Shown here: positions 9,501-18,980 of the stretch, one piece after another
How positions within the stretch are numbered: the stretch's first letter is position 1
Layout: every line of letters begins with the position of its first letter
Assembly (NCBI GenBank): GCA_043808175.1
Contig: JAZDFE010000016.1
Coordinates: 5,438 to 69,437, forward strand
Direction of reading: 5' to 3'
DNA: 64,000 nucleotides
Source: Candidatus Omnitrophota bacterium
Lineage (GTDB): Bacteria; Omnitrophota; Omnitrophia; Omnitrophales; Aquincolibacteriaceae
Notes under the pieces: model-generated
Seen by the model: the letters and a program-made list of their open reading frames with translations, nothing else
Database searches by the model: none
What the model was told of the DNA's origin: nothing
Program-made: the position numbers and the translations under genes

Positions 9501-10493
9501 CTATTTAAAAAATAATTTCGCTGCGCCGTAAGAGATGGCCGAGATCGCCGCCGAACACGGGATCGTGATGATCCACGCCCACACGATATTTCCGGCAACG
9601 CCCCACCGCACCGCGCTCATGCGTTTCAGAGAACCCACGCCCATAATCGCGCCTGTGATCGTATGCGTTGTGCTGACCGGGATGCCGAATGCCGAAGCTA
9701 TAAAGAGGCTCGTGGCAGCCCCCGATTCCGCGCAGAAGCCATCCACAGGACGAAGCTTCGCGACTTTCTGTCCCATGGTCTTTACGATACGCCAACCGCC
9801 GAACATCGTCCCGAGAGCAATGGCCGCCTGACACGAGATCACGACCCAAAAAGGAATATGGAATTCTTTTCCGAGAAGCCCCGCGCTGAAAAGCAGGCTC
9901 GCGATGATCCCCATGGTCTTTTGGGCATCGTTGCCTCCGTGCCCCAAACTGTAGAGCGCCGCGGAAACCAACTGGCCTTTTCTGAACCAATGGTCGACTC
10001 CGGCCGGCGAACTTTTACGGGCAAGCCAGTGAACAATGACGCCATAAATGACGCCTAAAAAAAGGCCGACCACGGGCGAGATAAAAATAAAAGCGACTGT
10101 TTTGATGATACCGCTCCACACAAGGGATCCTGTTCCCGCCTTCACGAGCGCCGACCCGACCAATCCTCCGATCAAAGCATGGGAAGAACTGGTCGGCAGC
10201 CCGAAATACCAGGTGATGATGTTCCAGGCGCAAGCGCCCATCAAAGCTCCGAAGATGATCTGACTGTCTACGATGTGGATATCGATGATCCCCTTCCCGA
10301 TCGTGTTGGCCACATGGAGCCCGAAGAAAAGGAACGCGATAAAGTTGAAGAAAGCGGCCCAGAGGACGGCGTGTTGCGGGGAAAGAACGCGGGTGGAAAC
10401 GACGGTCGCAATGGAGTTCGCGGAATCGTGGAATCCGTTCAGAAAATCGAACGCGAGTGCCAGCAGGATAAGAAAAATGATCCAAGACGTCAT
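9501..10493 (-). CDS. Inorganic phosphate transporter, PiT family
   Basis: Has the PiT signatures FLNGFHDSANSIATVV and GHGGNDAQKTMG. Start set at the ATG at 10493 (MTSWIIFLILL). Confidence 0.9.
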   Translation of the reverse strand: MTSWIIFLILLALAFDFLNGFHDSANSIATVVSTRVLSPQHAVLWAAFFNFIAFLFFGLHVANTIGKGIIDIHIVDSQIIFGALMGACAWNIITWYFGLPTSSSHALIGGLVGSALVKAGTGSLVWSGIIKTVAFIFISPVVGLFLGVIYGVIVHWLARKSSPAGVDHWFRKGQLVSAALYSLGHGGNDAQKTMGIIASLLFSAGLLGKEFHIPFWVVISCQAAIALGTMFGGWRIVKTMGQKVAKLRPVDGFCAESGAATSLFIASAFGIPVSTTHTITGAIMGVGSLKRMSAVRWGVAGNIVWAWIITIPCSAAISAISYGAAKLFFK

Positions 10494-10507
10494 AGTAGGA
10501 CCTAGCC

Positions 10508-11140
10508 TTAAGCGTGTTTGACGAGAATGGATTCGACCACGTGGACCACGTCCTCGCATACATCCAGGACCGTTTCCGCGTCCTGATAGATGTCTTTCCA
10601 TTTGATCACCGCCACGGGGTCCTGGGCATATTTTTCAAAAAGTTCGCCCAACATGTCGTCGCGCATCTTGTCCCCGAGGTTCTCGAGGTTATTCACTTCG
10701 ATGCAGGCCTTGAGGATCTCGTTGCTTTGCTTCATGTCCCGGAGACCTTTGACAGCCTGCGAAACGCCTTTGACGGACATCTCGATCACCCGGGCAAATT
10801 CGGAAAGATTCCGTTCCATGCTTAGGATCTTATAAACACGGAGGCGTTTGGTGATGGTGTAAAGCATATCGACGATATCATCCATTTCTTTGGCAAGGTC
10901 GTGGATGTCCTCGCGATCGAAAGGCGTGATGAAGGTGTTATTCAGCCGGTCCATGATCTGATGCGACACCTCATCTCCGAGATGTTCGATCTCCTTCATG
11001 ATCCCGACCTCGCGCTCATCGACTTTGTAATCAGCCACCACTTTTGCAAAATGAGCCGCGGCCTGGACCGCATAGTCCGCCTGTTTGTCAAAGAGGTCGA
11101 AGAAACTGGTTTCTTTCGGAAGAAGGAATCCAAATACCAT
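10508..11140 (-). CDS. DUF47 / PhoU-like phosphate-transport accessory protein
   Basis: 210-aa helical protein (FFDLFDKQADYAVQAA...) immediately upstream of PiT, which is the usual pairing. Confidence 0.8.
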   Translation of the reverse strand: MVFGFLLPKETSFFDLFDKQADYAVQAAAHFAKVVADYKVDEREVGIMKEIEHLGDEVSHQIMDRLNNTFITPFDREDIHDLAKEMDDIVDMLYTITKRLRVYKILSMERNLSEFARVIEMSVKGVSQAVKGLRDMKQSNEILKACIEVNNLENLGDKMRDDMLGELFEKYAQDPVAVIKWKDIYQDAETVLDVCEDVVHVVESILVKHA

Positions 11141-11331
11141 AATTTTCTCCTTTATGGGTTCAGCAGCAATACGAAGATTTTGGAGGCCACGCTTGCCTCC
11201 CGCATGGGAAGATCATTTACGGAAACAAAATCGTGGGTATGTTACTTGGCCCTATCCCGTTCGTAAAGGAGAAAAATCAGGGGTGCGCCTAGGAAAAATA
11301 GAGCTATGAAAATGTTAAAGCCCGGAGCAGT

Positions 11332-12786
11332 CTAATGAAAATTGAGGACGATGGCCTTGGAACGCGTCATGGCCTCGATCGAATAGCGGATCCCCTGGGT
11401 CCCCATCCCCGAACTCTTGACCCCGATAAAGGGAAAGTGGTCGGGCCCGCGCTCCGTTTTGCCGTTCACCTGGACCGTGCCGACGTCCAATTGCGCCCCG
11501 ATCCTGAATGCCGAATCCATATTTTCCGTGAAAACGGAGGCTTGAAGCCCGTATTCGGACTTATTCGTGATCCTGACCGCTTCTTCGACCGTTTTGACGC
11601 GCAAGATCGGAAGCACCGGACCGAAAGGCTCTTCCCAGGCGACCTTCATGTCCACCGTCACGCGGTCAAGCAGGGTGGGGTGGACAAGGTTTTTCTCGCG
11701 CCTATTGCCCGCGAGAAGTTTCGCGCCTTTTTGGATCGCATCCTCGATCAGGGCCTGGACAAAATCCGCGGCCTCGTTCGAAATAAGCGGCGTGATGTCC
11801 GCATCGTCTTCCGGACGACCGACGGTCATTTTCTTCACGAGCGGTAAAAGCTTTTCGATCAGTTGATCGGCCACGGATTCCAGCGCCAGGATGCGCTTGA
11901 CGGCCGTACACCGCTGGCCGGAATAGGAAAAAGCGCCGGCCACGATATGTTGGGCGGCTAAAGCAAGATCGGCGTCTTCCAGGATGAGCGCCGCGTCCTT
12001 GCCGCCGAGCTCCAAAAGAAGCGGTTTCATGCCGGCCAGAGAAGCGATATGTCTTCCGATCTTGCTGCTTCCCGTAAAGGCGACCATGTTGACGAGAGGA
12101 TGGCTCACCAGAAAATCCCCGATCGCACGGCCCTGTCCCGTAATGACGTTAAGAACGCCCGCCGGGACCCCGGCTTCACAGAAGACACGCGCCAGATAAA
12201 GAGCGCTGATGGACCCCTGCGTCGGGGGCTTGAAGACGACGGCGTTCCCCGCCACAAGCGCCGGCGCGATCTTGGAAGCCGCCAGATTGATGGGGTAATT
12301 GAAGGGGGCGATCGCGAGCACGACGCCCAACGGAACGCGGTTCACGATCGAAAGTTTTGTTTCATGGAAACCGGGGAACCCTCCCGACGAAAGGCTTTCG
12401 CCCGTGACGCGTTTCCCTTCTTCCGCGGTGAAATGGATCAGGTCCGCTGTGCGCGTCACTTCGGAAAGAGAGGATTTTCTGTTCTTGGCGATCTCGCGCA
12501 TGAGAACGTTCGCGATCGTTTCCTTTTCGCGCGAAAGGATGTCCGCCGCCTTGTGGAGGATCTCGGCGCGCTCATGGGTCGGCGTTTTCGCCCAGGCTTT
12601 TTGAGCTTGCGCAGCCGTTTCCAGAAATTCGCCCGCTTCTTCCGGGCCTATCGCGGGGACTTCTCCGACAAGGGAGCCGTCCGCCGGCGAGAAGATCTTA
12701 TCCCACTTCCCTGAGCGCGAGGCCACCCACCGGCCGTTCAGAAGATTTTTATATTTTTGCCCTTCGCTAAAAATGCAGCGGAACAT
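11332..12786 (-). CDS. gapN: Non-phosphorylating NADP-dependent glyceraldehyde-3-phosphate dehydrogenase (aldehyde dehydrogenase family)
   Basis: 484 aa. Has the ALDH catalytic motifs LELGGKDAALIL and FSYSGQRCTAVKR, and a GapN-like N-terminus YKNLLNGRWV. Confidence 0.8.
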   Translation of the reverse strand: MFRCIFSEGQKYKNLLNGRWVASRSGKWDKIFSPADGSLVGEVPAIGPEEAGEFLETAAQAQKAWAKTPTHERAEILHKAADILSREKETIANVLMREIAKNRKSSLSEVTRTADLIHFTAEEGKRVTGESLSSGGFPGFHETKLSIVNRVPLGVVLAIAPFNYPINLAASKIAPALVAGNAVVFKPPTQGSISALYLARVFCEAGVPAGVLNVITGQGRAIGDFLVSHPLVNMVAFTGSSKIGRHIASLAGMKPLLLELGGKDAALILEDADLALAAQHIVAGAFSYSGQRCTAVKRILALESVADQLIEKLLPLVKKMTVGRPEDDADITPLISNEAADFVQALIEDAIQKGAKLLAGNRREKNLVHPTLLDRVTVDMKVAWEEPFGPVLPILRVKTVEEAVRITNKSEYGLQASVFTENMDSAFRIGAQLDVGTVQVNGKTERGPDHFPFIGVKSSGMGTQGIRYSIEAMTRSKAIVLNFH

Positions 12787-12809
12787 GGCAACCTTCCCCC
12801 GGCCGGATC

Positions 12810-13261
12810 TTATTCACTTCGTTTTTTTGTTGCGGACTTTTGGGAAAGAGGGACGCGCTCATGGACTTTTTTGCCCGGTGAGCGGTAGTGACGAACGCAA
12901 GGCTCACCAAGCTGCCAGGAAAAATAAATCTCCCGGCCTTCATGCATGCCGAAAAATTCGACGTGGCCGTTTTCGATATTACGGAGGAAACAACCCATCG
13001 CAAAGATCGCTTCGACATCCTTGGCGAGGTCCTCGATCGCCTCCTCAAGCGCGTGAATGCCGTCCTCCAGGCCGTCGTTCTCTTCGAAAAACCCTTGCGT
13101 TTGCTCGGCCGCGCAAACAAGCTCATGCATGAAAAGCAGATCGTGGGTGCGGCTGTAGGTTTCTTTTTGGTCCGGAGAAGCCTCAGACGCTTTTCAAGCT
13201 CCGGCAATAAAGCGTCAGCCTCTTCTTTCGAAAAAATGCGTTTCTTCTTTAAAGGCTTCAC
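12810..13261 (-). pseudogene. DUF2203-family gene split by a frameshift
   Basis: The N-terminal part MKPLKKKRIFSKEEADALLPELEKRL is in the frame of ORF 12767..13261. The conserved C-terminal part ...GCFLRNIENGHVEFFGMHEGREIYFSWQLGEPCVRHY is in the frame of ORF 12810..13130. The switch must lie in 13131-13193, which contains an A5 run at 13164-13168. Confidence 0.5.
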
Positions 13262-13313
13262 CGTTCCCTCCGGGTCGAAACGTCCATTAAGCTACACCCC
13301 GCCCGCCTCCGCT

Positions 13314-14675
13314 TCAAGCTCCATGTTCCGGCGCGACGTCGGACCAAAGGGCGGGCATGAGGCCGCCGCCCGTCGCCACGTTGATCACGCTTTCATCGCT
13401 CAGACGGACAAAGCTTCCCGCGTATTTGCCTCCGAAGACCAGCATATTGAAATTGTATTTTTTGTAAATGAAATCCAGCCTCTGGTTCACAATGTCGGGG
13501 ACGGTCATCACCGGGACCGAGACCTGTTCCTGGATCACCCAATCTTCCTCCTTGAGCGCTCTGTCCACCACCGCGTTCCAGTCGCCGTCCGGCGTCTCCC
13601 GTCCGATATGGACCCGGCGGGCGCCGTGACTGGAACCCGAGGGTTTCAAAACGACGGTTTCCTTCTCGTCTTTCAGGAAATCGATCAGAAAGACCTTCCG
13701 GTGTCCGTAGAAATCTTCGGCGTCGGAAAGACAGCGCGTCCACGGAAGGTGCTGGCGCTTCATCGTGTTCTCGTTCTCCGTGAAGAAGCGGTCGAACTCC
13801 GGGGTGGTCAAAAGCGAAAAGATCGATTTGCTTGAGGCAAGCCTCGAACGCAAAGGGTTGACCATGCAAACGGCCTTGTCCTTATAAGCGCGCAAGAGGT
13901 CCTGGACCTCGTCGAGCCGTTCCAGGAGTTCGTCAAAGGTCGCACGCCGGTAGACCAGGTGCACGCGGAACCCTTTGTGATAAAGCTTGCCGCCTTTGTA
14001 CTGAAGTTCGCGCGGATCGGCGATCGTGGTTTTATAGCCTTTGGCCTCGAAGTGGCTTTTCATGTGCTCGAATTCCGGGGTCGTCCTCGCGTGCCGCCAG
14101 TCGACGATCGCGATCTGGGGGGTCTCATAACCACCGAACTCTTCATAGACCGAAAGCAGGGTCGAAAGAACGCTTTGAACGCGTTCGCTCGCGGCCAGAT
14201 GATGCTCCTCGGCGAAGGGCCAGATCAGTTCCTCGGAAAGAAACGAGGACTCCAGCTGGTCCGCGTAAGCGGCGCCGGCGGGAGCGTCGCAATTGAACTC
14301 CAAAAGTTTCAGGCTCTCTCCTTCCAGGAGCGCGTCAAAGCGGCTGAAGACGACCGGCTGCGAATAACCGGGGTCGATCTTCACGAGCTCTTCGGCTTCG
14401 GGGGAAAGACGGAAGTGGGATTTCATCTGCGTTTCTTCAAAATAAAGGCGCGCGGTCTTATTGAGGATCTGGGAGAAAGCGGAGGCGGCACGCTTGAGAA
14501 GGTGCTGCTGTTTGGGCGTGACAAAATAAGCTTTATAGAAGGCCGGGAGCGTGAACCGGCCGTACGCGAACGTGGGGTCTTTGAGCTTTTCCCTGAACTT
14601 GTCTATGGCGGGAACAGCGCGGGCTTCATGGGCTGTCAGGTATTGATCGTATGCGTAATCAAGATTCGCGGCCAT
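13314..14675 (-). CDS. ATP-grasp-fold amidoligase-like protein (glutathionylspermidine-synthase-like / circularly permuted ATP-grasp)
   Basis: Has a pre-ATP-grasp pattern SRFDALLEGESLKLLEFNCDAPAGAAY. Start trimmed to the ATG at 14675 (MAANLDY) because the upstream part of the ORF lies in repeat F4-A. Confidence 0.5.
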   Translation of the reverse strand: MAANLDYAYDQYLTAHEARAVPAIDKFREKLKDPTFAYGRFTLPAFYKAYFVTPKQQHLLKRAASAFSQILNKTARLYFEETQMKSHFRLSPEAEELVKIDPGYSQPVVFSRFDALLEGESLKLLEFNCDAPAGAAYADQLESSFLSEELIWPFAEEHHLAASERVQSVLSTLLSVYEEFGGYETPQIAIVDWRHARTTPEFEHMKSHFEAKGYKTTIADPRELQYKGGKLYHKGFRVHLVYRRATFDELLERLDEVQDLLRAYKDKAVCMVNPLRSRLASSKSIFSLLTTPEFDRFFTENENTMKRQHLPWTRCLSDAEDFYGHRKVFLIDFLKDEKETVVLKPSGSSHGARRVHIGRETPDGDWNAVVDRALKEEDWVIQEQVSVPVMTVPDIVNQRLDFIYKKYNFNMLVFGGKYAGSFVRLSDESVINVATGGGLMPALWSDVAPEHGA

Positions 14676-14735
14676 GATGGGCCATGATAATGAGGCGGCT
14701 TTGAAAACGCAACCTGTTGTTTTATAAATCCATCC

Positions 14736-15026
14736 GGCAGAAATTTCCTGCGAATCCTTCGGCACCGTTCGTTTTTCCCCAGCGAGGAAAAACTCACTCG
14801 CGCCTTCGGTCTCGCTCGGCGAGCAGGACTGGGGCGGAGGCAGCGTTCGGAGCCCTTTGGAGCTCGGTGCCGCTCTCATTATTAAGGGCGGATCCAAAGG
14901 GTGAGAACCGCAAGCGGTCGTTTCTCGCTGGAAGAAACGAACCGCTGGTGACGACGCCCAGTCCTGTCGCCACCTTGCCCGCTCAACCTCCGGAGCGTGC
15001 TTCAGGATCCGCAGGAAATTTCTGCC
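14736..15026. repeat. F4-A: ~290-nt long-hairpin (MITE-like) element
   Basis: The termini GGCAGAAATTTCCTGCGAATCC and GGATCCGCAGGAAATTTCTGCC pair at 21 of 22 positions. The interior is distantly related to the F4-B/C core (shared ccccagcgagg..tcRctcgcgc and ttcggagc blocks). Confidence 0.75.
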
Positions 15027-15292
15027 TGCGTTCTCAGTATCCGTACTTTTTAACGTACCAGGATTTGATCTTTTGAGTGATGGTGAGATAGCAGGCGACG
15101 ATCAAGAAGAGCGTGAGGCCGTAATTCCAGGTCGGATGAACGGACCCGGATCCTCCAGCCCTCCGGAACCGGACCCGCCGAAAACCCAATATATTTTTTG
15201 CCAAAGAATGCAATTGCTCCTAGAATGCGCTGTGTTTTGATAAGTTATCTCCCTTCCACGGGGAATCCATTAAAAAAGAGGCTGCGAATCCT

Positions 15293-16570
15293 TTGAATTT
15301 TTGGGCGAACCTTTTCTACAAATACCGCCGGGGATGGAAAGCCGTCAAGATGTACCTGATCCTTGCCGGCCCCGGCATCATTGTCATGATCGCGGACAAT
15401 GACGCCGGCGGGATCACGACTTATGCCGCCACCGGCGCCAAATACGGCTACCACCTTCTCTGGTTCCTTGTGCTCCTCGGCCCGATCGCTTATTACATCC
15501 AGGAAATGACCGTAAGGCTTGGAGCTGTCACGAAACGCGGCCATGCAGAGGCGATTTTTTATGCCTTCGGCTCTTTCTGGGGCTGGTTCGCGCTGTTGGA
15601 CCTGGTCCTGATCGACTGGCTCACGCTGGTCACGGAATTCATCGGCATGACCGCGGCCATGAGTATTTTCCACATCCCTCCCTGGCTGACCGTCGCCGTG
15701 GTTTCCATTGTGATGGCACTCATGGTTCTGCAAGGACGTTATTGGACTTGGGAAAAGATCGCCATGCTCTTTTGCGCCGTGAATCTCATTTATATCCCGG
15801 CCGCTTTTATGGTCCATCCCTCGGTAGGCGAAGTCTTCAGGAATTCCATGATCCCGCACCTGCCTCCCGGAGGTTTTACGAATGACCTCTTTTTTCTGCT
15901 CATGGCGAACATCGGGACCACGATCGCGCCTTGGATGATCTTTTTCCAGCAAAGCGCCGTGGTCGACAAAGGAATGCATGAAAAGGACATCCGTATGGGA
16001 AAGTTGGACACGGCCGTGGGCTCCCTCTTCACGATCCTCATCGCTATCTTTGTCATTATCGTCACCGGGACCGTGCTGAGAGGCGTTCATATCGAAAGCG
16101 CGGCCCAGGCAGCCATCGAACTCATGAAGACCAATCAATATCTCGGAACGTTCCTGGCGATCGGACTTTTTGACGCCGGATTCCTCGGGGCGATCTGCAT
16201 CTCGCTGGCGACCTCCTGGGCTTTCGGCGAGGTATTCGGCTGGGCGCATTCCCTGAACAAGAACGTCAAGGAGGCGCCCTGGTTCTACGCTTTTTATTTC
16301 TTCGCCATTCTGACCGCCGGGACCGTGGTGCTCATCCCCAAGGCCCCGCTTGTTCTGATCACCCTTTTTGTCCAGGTCGTTGCCGTCACCCTGCTTTCGG
16401 CCTCGCTCGTCTTCCTGCTCATTCTTCTCAATGATGAAGAATCGATGGGAAAACATAAAAACACCTTGTGGCAGAATATCGTTAATATTACGATCGTGTC
16501 TGGGATCATCGTTCTGTCGACCGCTTACGGCGTCAGTACGCTGTTCCCGAACCTTTTCAAAGGTTCTTGA
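15293..16570 (+). CDS. NRAMP/SLC11-family divalent cation transporter with a non-canonical metal site (possibly Mg-type)
   Basis: 425-aa NRAMP fold. TM1 reads GPGIIVMIADNDAGG where DPGN is expected. TM6 reads GTTIAPW where GAxxMPH is expected. Confidence 0.85.
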   Translation: MNFWANLFYKYRRGWKAVKMYLILAGPGIIVMIADNDAGGITTYAATGAKYGYHLLWFLVLLGPIAYYIQEMTVRLGAVTKRGHAEAIFYAFGSFWGWFALLDLVLIDWLTLVTEFIGMTAAMSIFHIPPWLTVAVVSIVMALMVLQGRYWTWEKIAMLFCAVNLIYIPAAFMVHPSVGEVFRNSMIPHLPPGGFTNDLFFLLMANIGTTIAPWMIFFQQSAVVDKGMHEKDIRMGKLDTAVGSLFTILIAIFVIIVTGTVLRGVHIESAAQAAIELMKTNQYLGTFLAIGLFDAGFLGAICISLATSWAFGEVFGWAHSLNKNVKEAPWFYAFYFFAILTAGTVVLIPKAPLVLITLFVQVVAVTLLSASLVFLLILLNDEESMGKHKNTLWQNIVNITIVSGIIVLSTAYGVSTLFPNLFKGS

Positions 16571-16583
16571 CCGGGAAAAAATC

Positions 16584-16793
16584 ATGGGATCGTTCTTGTA
16601 CGAAGTTTTTATTAAAGGCATCAAGAAATTCTTCACGGACACGTTCGCCCAGGTCCGGGAGATCAATAGGAAATATGCCGTGCCCCAGATCAAGACCAGC
16701 GCATGGACTCACTTTGCTCTTATTACGTTGGGAGTTTACCTTGCGGTGCTACTCCTCCTTTTAGTTTACAAATTCATCACACTCCTAAAATGA
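16584..16793 (+). CDS. Small single-pass membrane protein
   Basis: 69 aa (MGSFLYEVFIKGIKKFF...HFALITLGVYLAVLLLLLVYKFITLLK), wedged between the NRAMP and MgtE_N/CBS genes. Confidence 0.4.
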   Translation: MGSFLYEVFIKGIKKFFTDTFAQVREINRKYAVPQIKTSAWTHFALITLGVYLAVLLLLLVYKFITLLK

Positions 16794-16805
16794 ACGGTTG
16801 AAAAA

Positions 16806-18155
16806 ATGAACCAGACGGTCCCGAACGCAAGCGATCTTGAACATGTCTATTTTCTGAGCGAGATCGTCGGCGTCAAAGTCTTCTGGGGCGACCGCAAGAT
16901 CGGCAAGCTCGCGGATGTCCTCATCGTCGATAAAGACAAGATCGCCGAAGTAACCCATTTTTACGTCACCCGTCCGTTCGGCGACCCTTCCCTCACCATC
17001 CCGTGGGAAAAGATCGAGTCCATCACCTACAAAAGCATCCAGGTGGATATCGAAGACATGCACAATTATGAGGCGGCTCCGCCCGACAATTCGATCCTCC
17101 TCAAAGATTATATCCTCGATAAAAAGGTCCTGGATCTTGAAGGCCGCGAGGTCGAGGTGGTTTACGACGTGAGGATGGTGCTGCGGGATAAAAAATTCTA
17201 CATCACCGGCGTGGACCTGAGCCGCTACGGCTTCATGCGGCGGATCGGACTCAAGGGATTCGCTCATTTTATCCACGGTCTGGCTTTTGATATCGGGGCG
17301 CGGAGCCTTTATTCGGAAAGACTGAAGGGATTTGCCAATTTCCTATACGGCCTGGCCAATAAGGTCAAAGACCGGACGCTCCCCTGGACCTACATCCAGC
17401 CTTTGCCGGACCAGATCAGCAGTTTTAAGGGAGACGTGAGGCTGAAGGTCCTGAAAGAAACACTGGCCGATATGCCCCCGGTCGATATTGCGGATATCCT
17501 GGAAGAACTCGACCACGACCAACGCGTGACGCTCTTCGCTCAATTGGAACCGGAACAAGCTTCCGACACGCTCGAAGAGATCGACCCGAACGTGCAGCGG
17601 GCGCTGGTTTCATCGCTCAAAAAAGAAAAGGTCGCCCAGCTTATCAATAACATGACGCCGGGCCAGGCCGCCGATATCCTGTCGGTCCTCCCTCTTTCGG
17701 AAGCAACCGCGATCCTGAAATTACTGGATCCGAAACAGGCCGGAAAGGTCCGTTCCATTCTGGAAAAAGAGGACGAGAAGATCGTGAATTATGCGACGAT
17801 GGACATCCTGAAATTCCCCCCGGACAAGACCACCGCGGAAGCCCTGGATGAATACCAACAGGTCGCCAAAGGGAAGAACGTGATCATGTATCTTTACGTC
17901 GTCGATGAACAGGACAGGATCCTCGGCATTATTGACCTGAAAGAGTTGCTTTTGGCGGATGACAACGCCCCCTTAAAAGACGTCATGATCGACCAGGTCG
18001 TTTCCCTGAACCCGGAAAGCACGTTAAAAGAAGCTTCCGCCATGTTCGCCCGTTACGGCTTCCGGGCCCTTCCCATCATTGACTCGCAGAGGAAGATCCT
18101 CGGCGTGGTCCTTTACCGCGATGTCATGAATTTGAAACATCGTTTTGTCGAATAA
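16806..18155 (+). CDS. Soluble PRC-barrel + MgtE N-domain + CBS-pair protein (no transporter TM domain)
   Basis: The N-terminus has a PRC-barrel pattern (LSEIVGVKVFWGDRKIGKLADVLI). The middle MPPVDIADILEELDHDQRVTLFAQLEPEQASDTLEEI is an MgtE_N domain. A C-terminal CBS pair follows, and the protein ends without TM helices. Confidence 0.8.
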   Translation: MNQTVPNASDLEHVYFLSEIVGVKVFWGDRKIGKLADVLIVDKDKIAEVTHFYVTRPFGDPSLTIPWEKIESITYKSIQVDIEDMHNYEAAPPDNSILLKDYILDKKVLDLEGREVEVVYDVRMVLRDKKFYITGVDLSRYGFMRRIGLKGFAHFIHGLAFDIGARSLYSERLKGFANFLYGLANKVKDRTLPWTYIQPLPDQISSFKGDVRLKVLKETLADMPPVDIADILEELDHDQRVTLFAQLEPEQASDTLEEIDPNVQRALVSSLKKEKVAQLINNMTPGQAADILSVLPLSEATAILKLLDPKQAGKVRSILEKEDEKIVNYATMDILKFPPDKTTAEALDEYQQVAKGKNVIMYLYVVDEQDRILGIIDLKELLLADDNAPLKDVMIDQVVSLNPESTLKEASAMFARYGFRALPIIDSQRKILGVVLYRDVMNLKHRFVE

Positions 18156-18290
18156 GCCTCCGCATTTTCCGCGACCCTTCCACGCGTTTTAATTTACTCC
18201 CCAATCTCGAACAAAAACCCCGGAGTGATAACGGCGAACCTGTGGGCATAGCCCATCTAACAAGGCATTATCCTTAACGGGCCATTGCGT

Positions 18291-18551
18291 CTAATTTTTC
18301 ACCTCGTCGCCAGGTTTTTGAACGGCCGCGGCCGCTTCCTGCGCTTCTTTTTCGGCGCATGCCGCAAGACGATTAGCTTTACGTGCGGCGATGTTTCTGT
18401 TTTTGCTCTTTTCCTTTTTACCAACGTTGCCAAACCAATCCCCGAACCGATCGAGCAGAGTGTCCTGCGTACAGTCTGTTGCATAAGCGGTCAGCGGGAT
18501 GCTGCCAAGCATAAGAGTGAGGATGAAAAACGCGATCGCGAATTTACGCAT
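18291..18551 (-). CDS. Small secreted protein (paralog of 25385..25639)
   Basis: Start set at MRKFAIAFFILTLMLGSIPLTAYA. Shares MRKF..FF.L.LM.G...TAY...C......GDWF with the 25385 gene. Confidence 0.5.
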   Translation of the reverse strand: MRKFAIAFFILTLMLGSIPLTAYATDCTQDTLLDRFGDWFGNVGKKEKSKNRNIAARKANRLAACAEKEAQEAAAAVQKPGDEVKN

Positions 18552-18674
18552 GTCATTTTCCTTTTCATTAGTTGAAAACTTTTCAAGGTCGTTTGTGATT
18601 ATAAACAGTATCCGGCCCCAAGAAAATAAGAATGTGTTCAAATTATTTCAAAGACCCTGATTGGAAGGCGGGCA

Positions 18675-18952
18675 GGAAGCAATTCCAGTGCGATGAGGCA
18701 CGCTCGCGAGACGGAATGGGCATGGTGGCAGGCATCGTCTCTCGACACCGGCTGTTCACTCGCTCCCGCGGCGAGTGCCAGCCTGCGCTCTCGCTGATGG
18801 GATCCGTTCACGAATGAACGGAACCAAGCTCCCATCAGCTCCGAGAGCTGTCTCGTTACGATTCCTGCCTGCCGAATGAAGTCGAGCGCGCGAGCGAGGA
18901 GCGCCTCGCTGGGGCGATCTGAGCGTTGACGAAACGCATTGGAATTGCTTCC
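18675..18952 (-). repeat. F4-B: ~280-nt long-hairpin element
   Basis: The closing stem is GGAAGCAATTCCAGTGCG / CGCATTGGAATTGCTTCC. The core, about 240 nt, is nearly identical to the reverse complement of F4-C, and the central hairpin is gatgggatccgttcacgaatgaacggaaccaagctcccatc. Confidence 0.85.
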
Positions 18953-18980
18953 ACGAGAGCCGTTTCTTGTGGCGGATCTC

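Noticed and set aside
13131-13193. Programmed ribosomal frameshift in the DUF2203-like gene
   Set aside because: There is no slippery heptamer plus downstream structure of the usual kind. A simple indel in the A-run, or an assembly error, is more parsimonious.
15030-15292. Mn-responsive (yybP-ykoY-type) riboswitch upstream of the NRAMP gene
   Set aside because: I could not find the conserved GGGGAGUAG-type core or the four-helix layout. The transporter's metal site also argues against Mn regulation.
15245-16693. 482-aa minus-strand ORF
   Set aside because: It is antisense to the NRAMP transporter gene. It has no recognisable motifs and a charged low-complexity composition.
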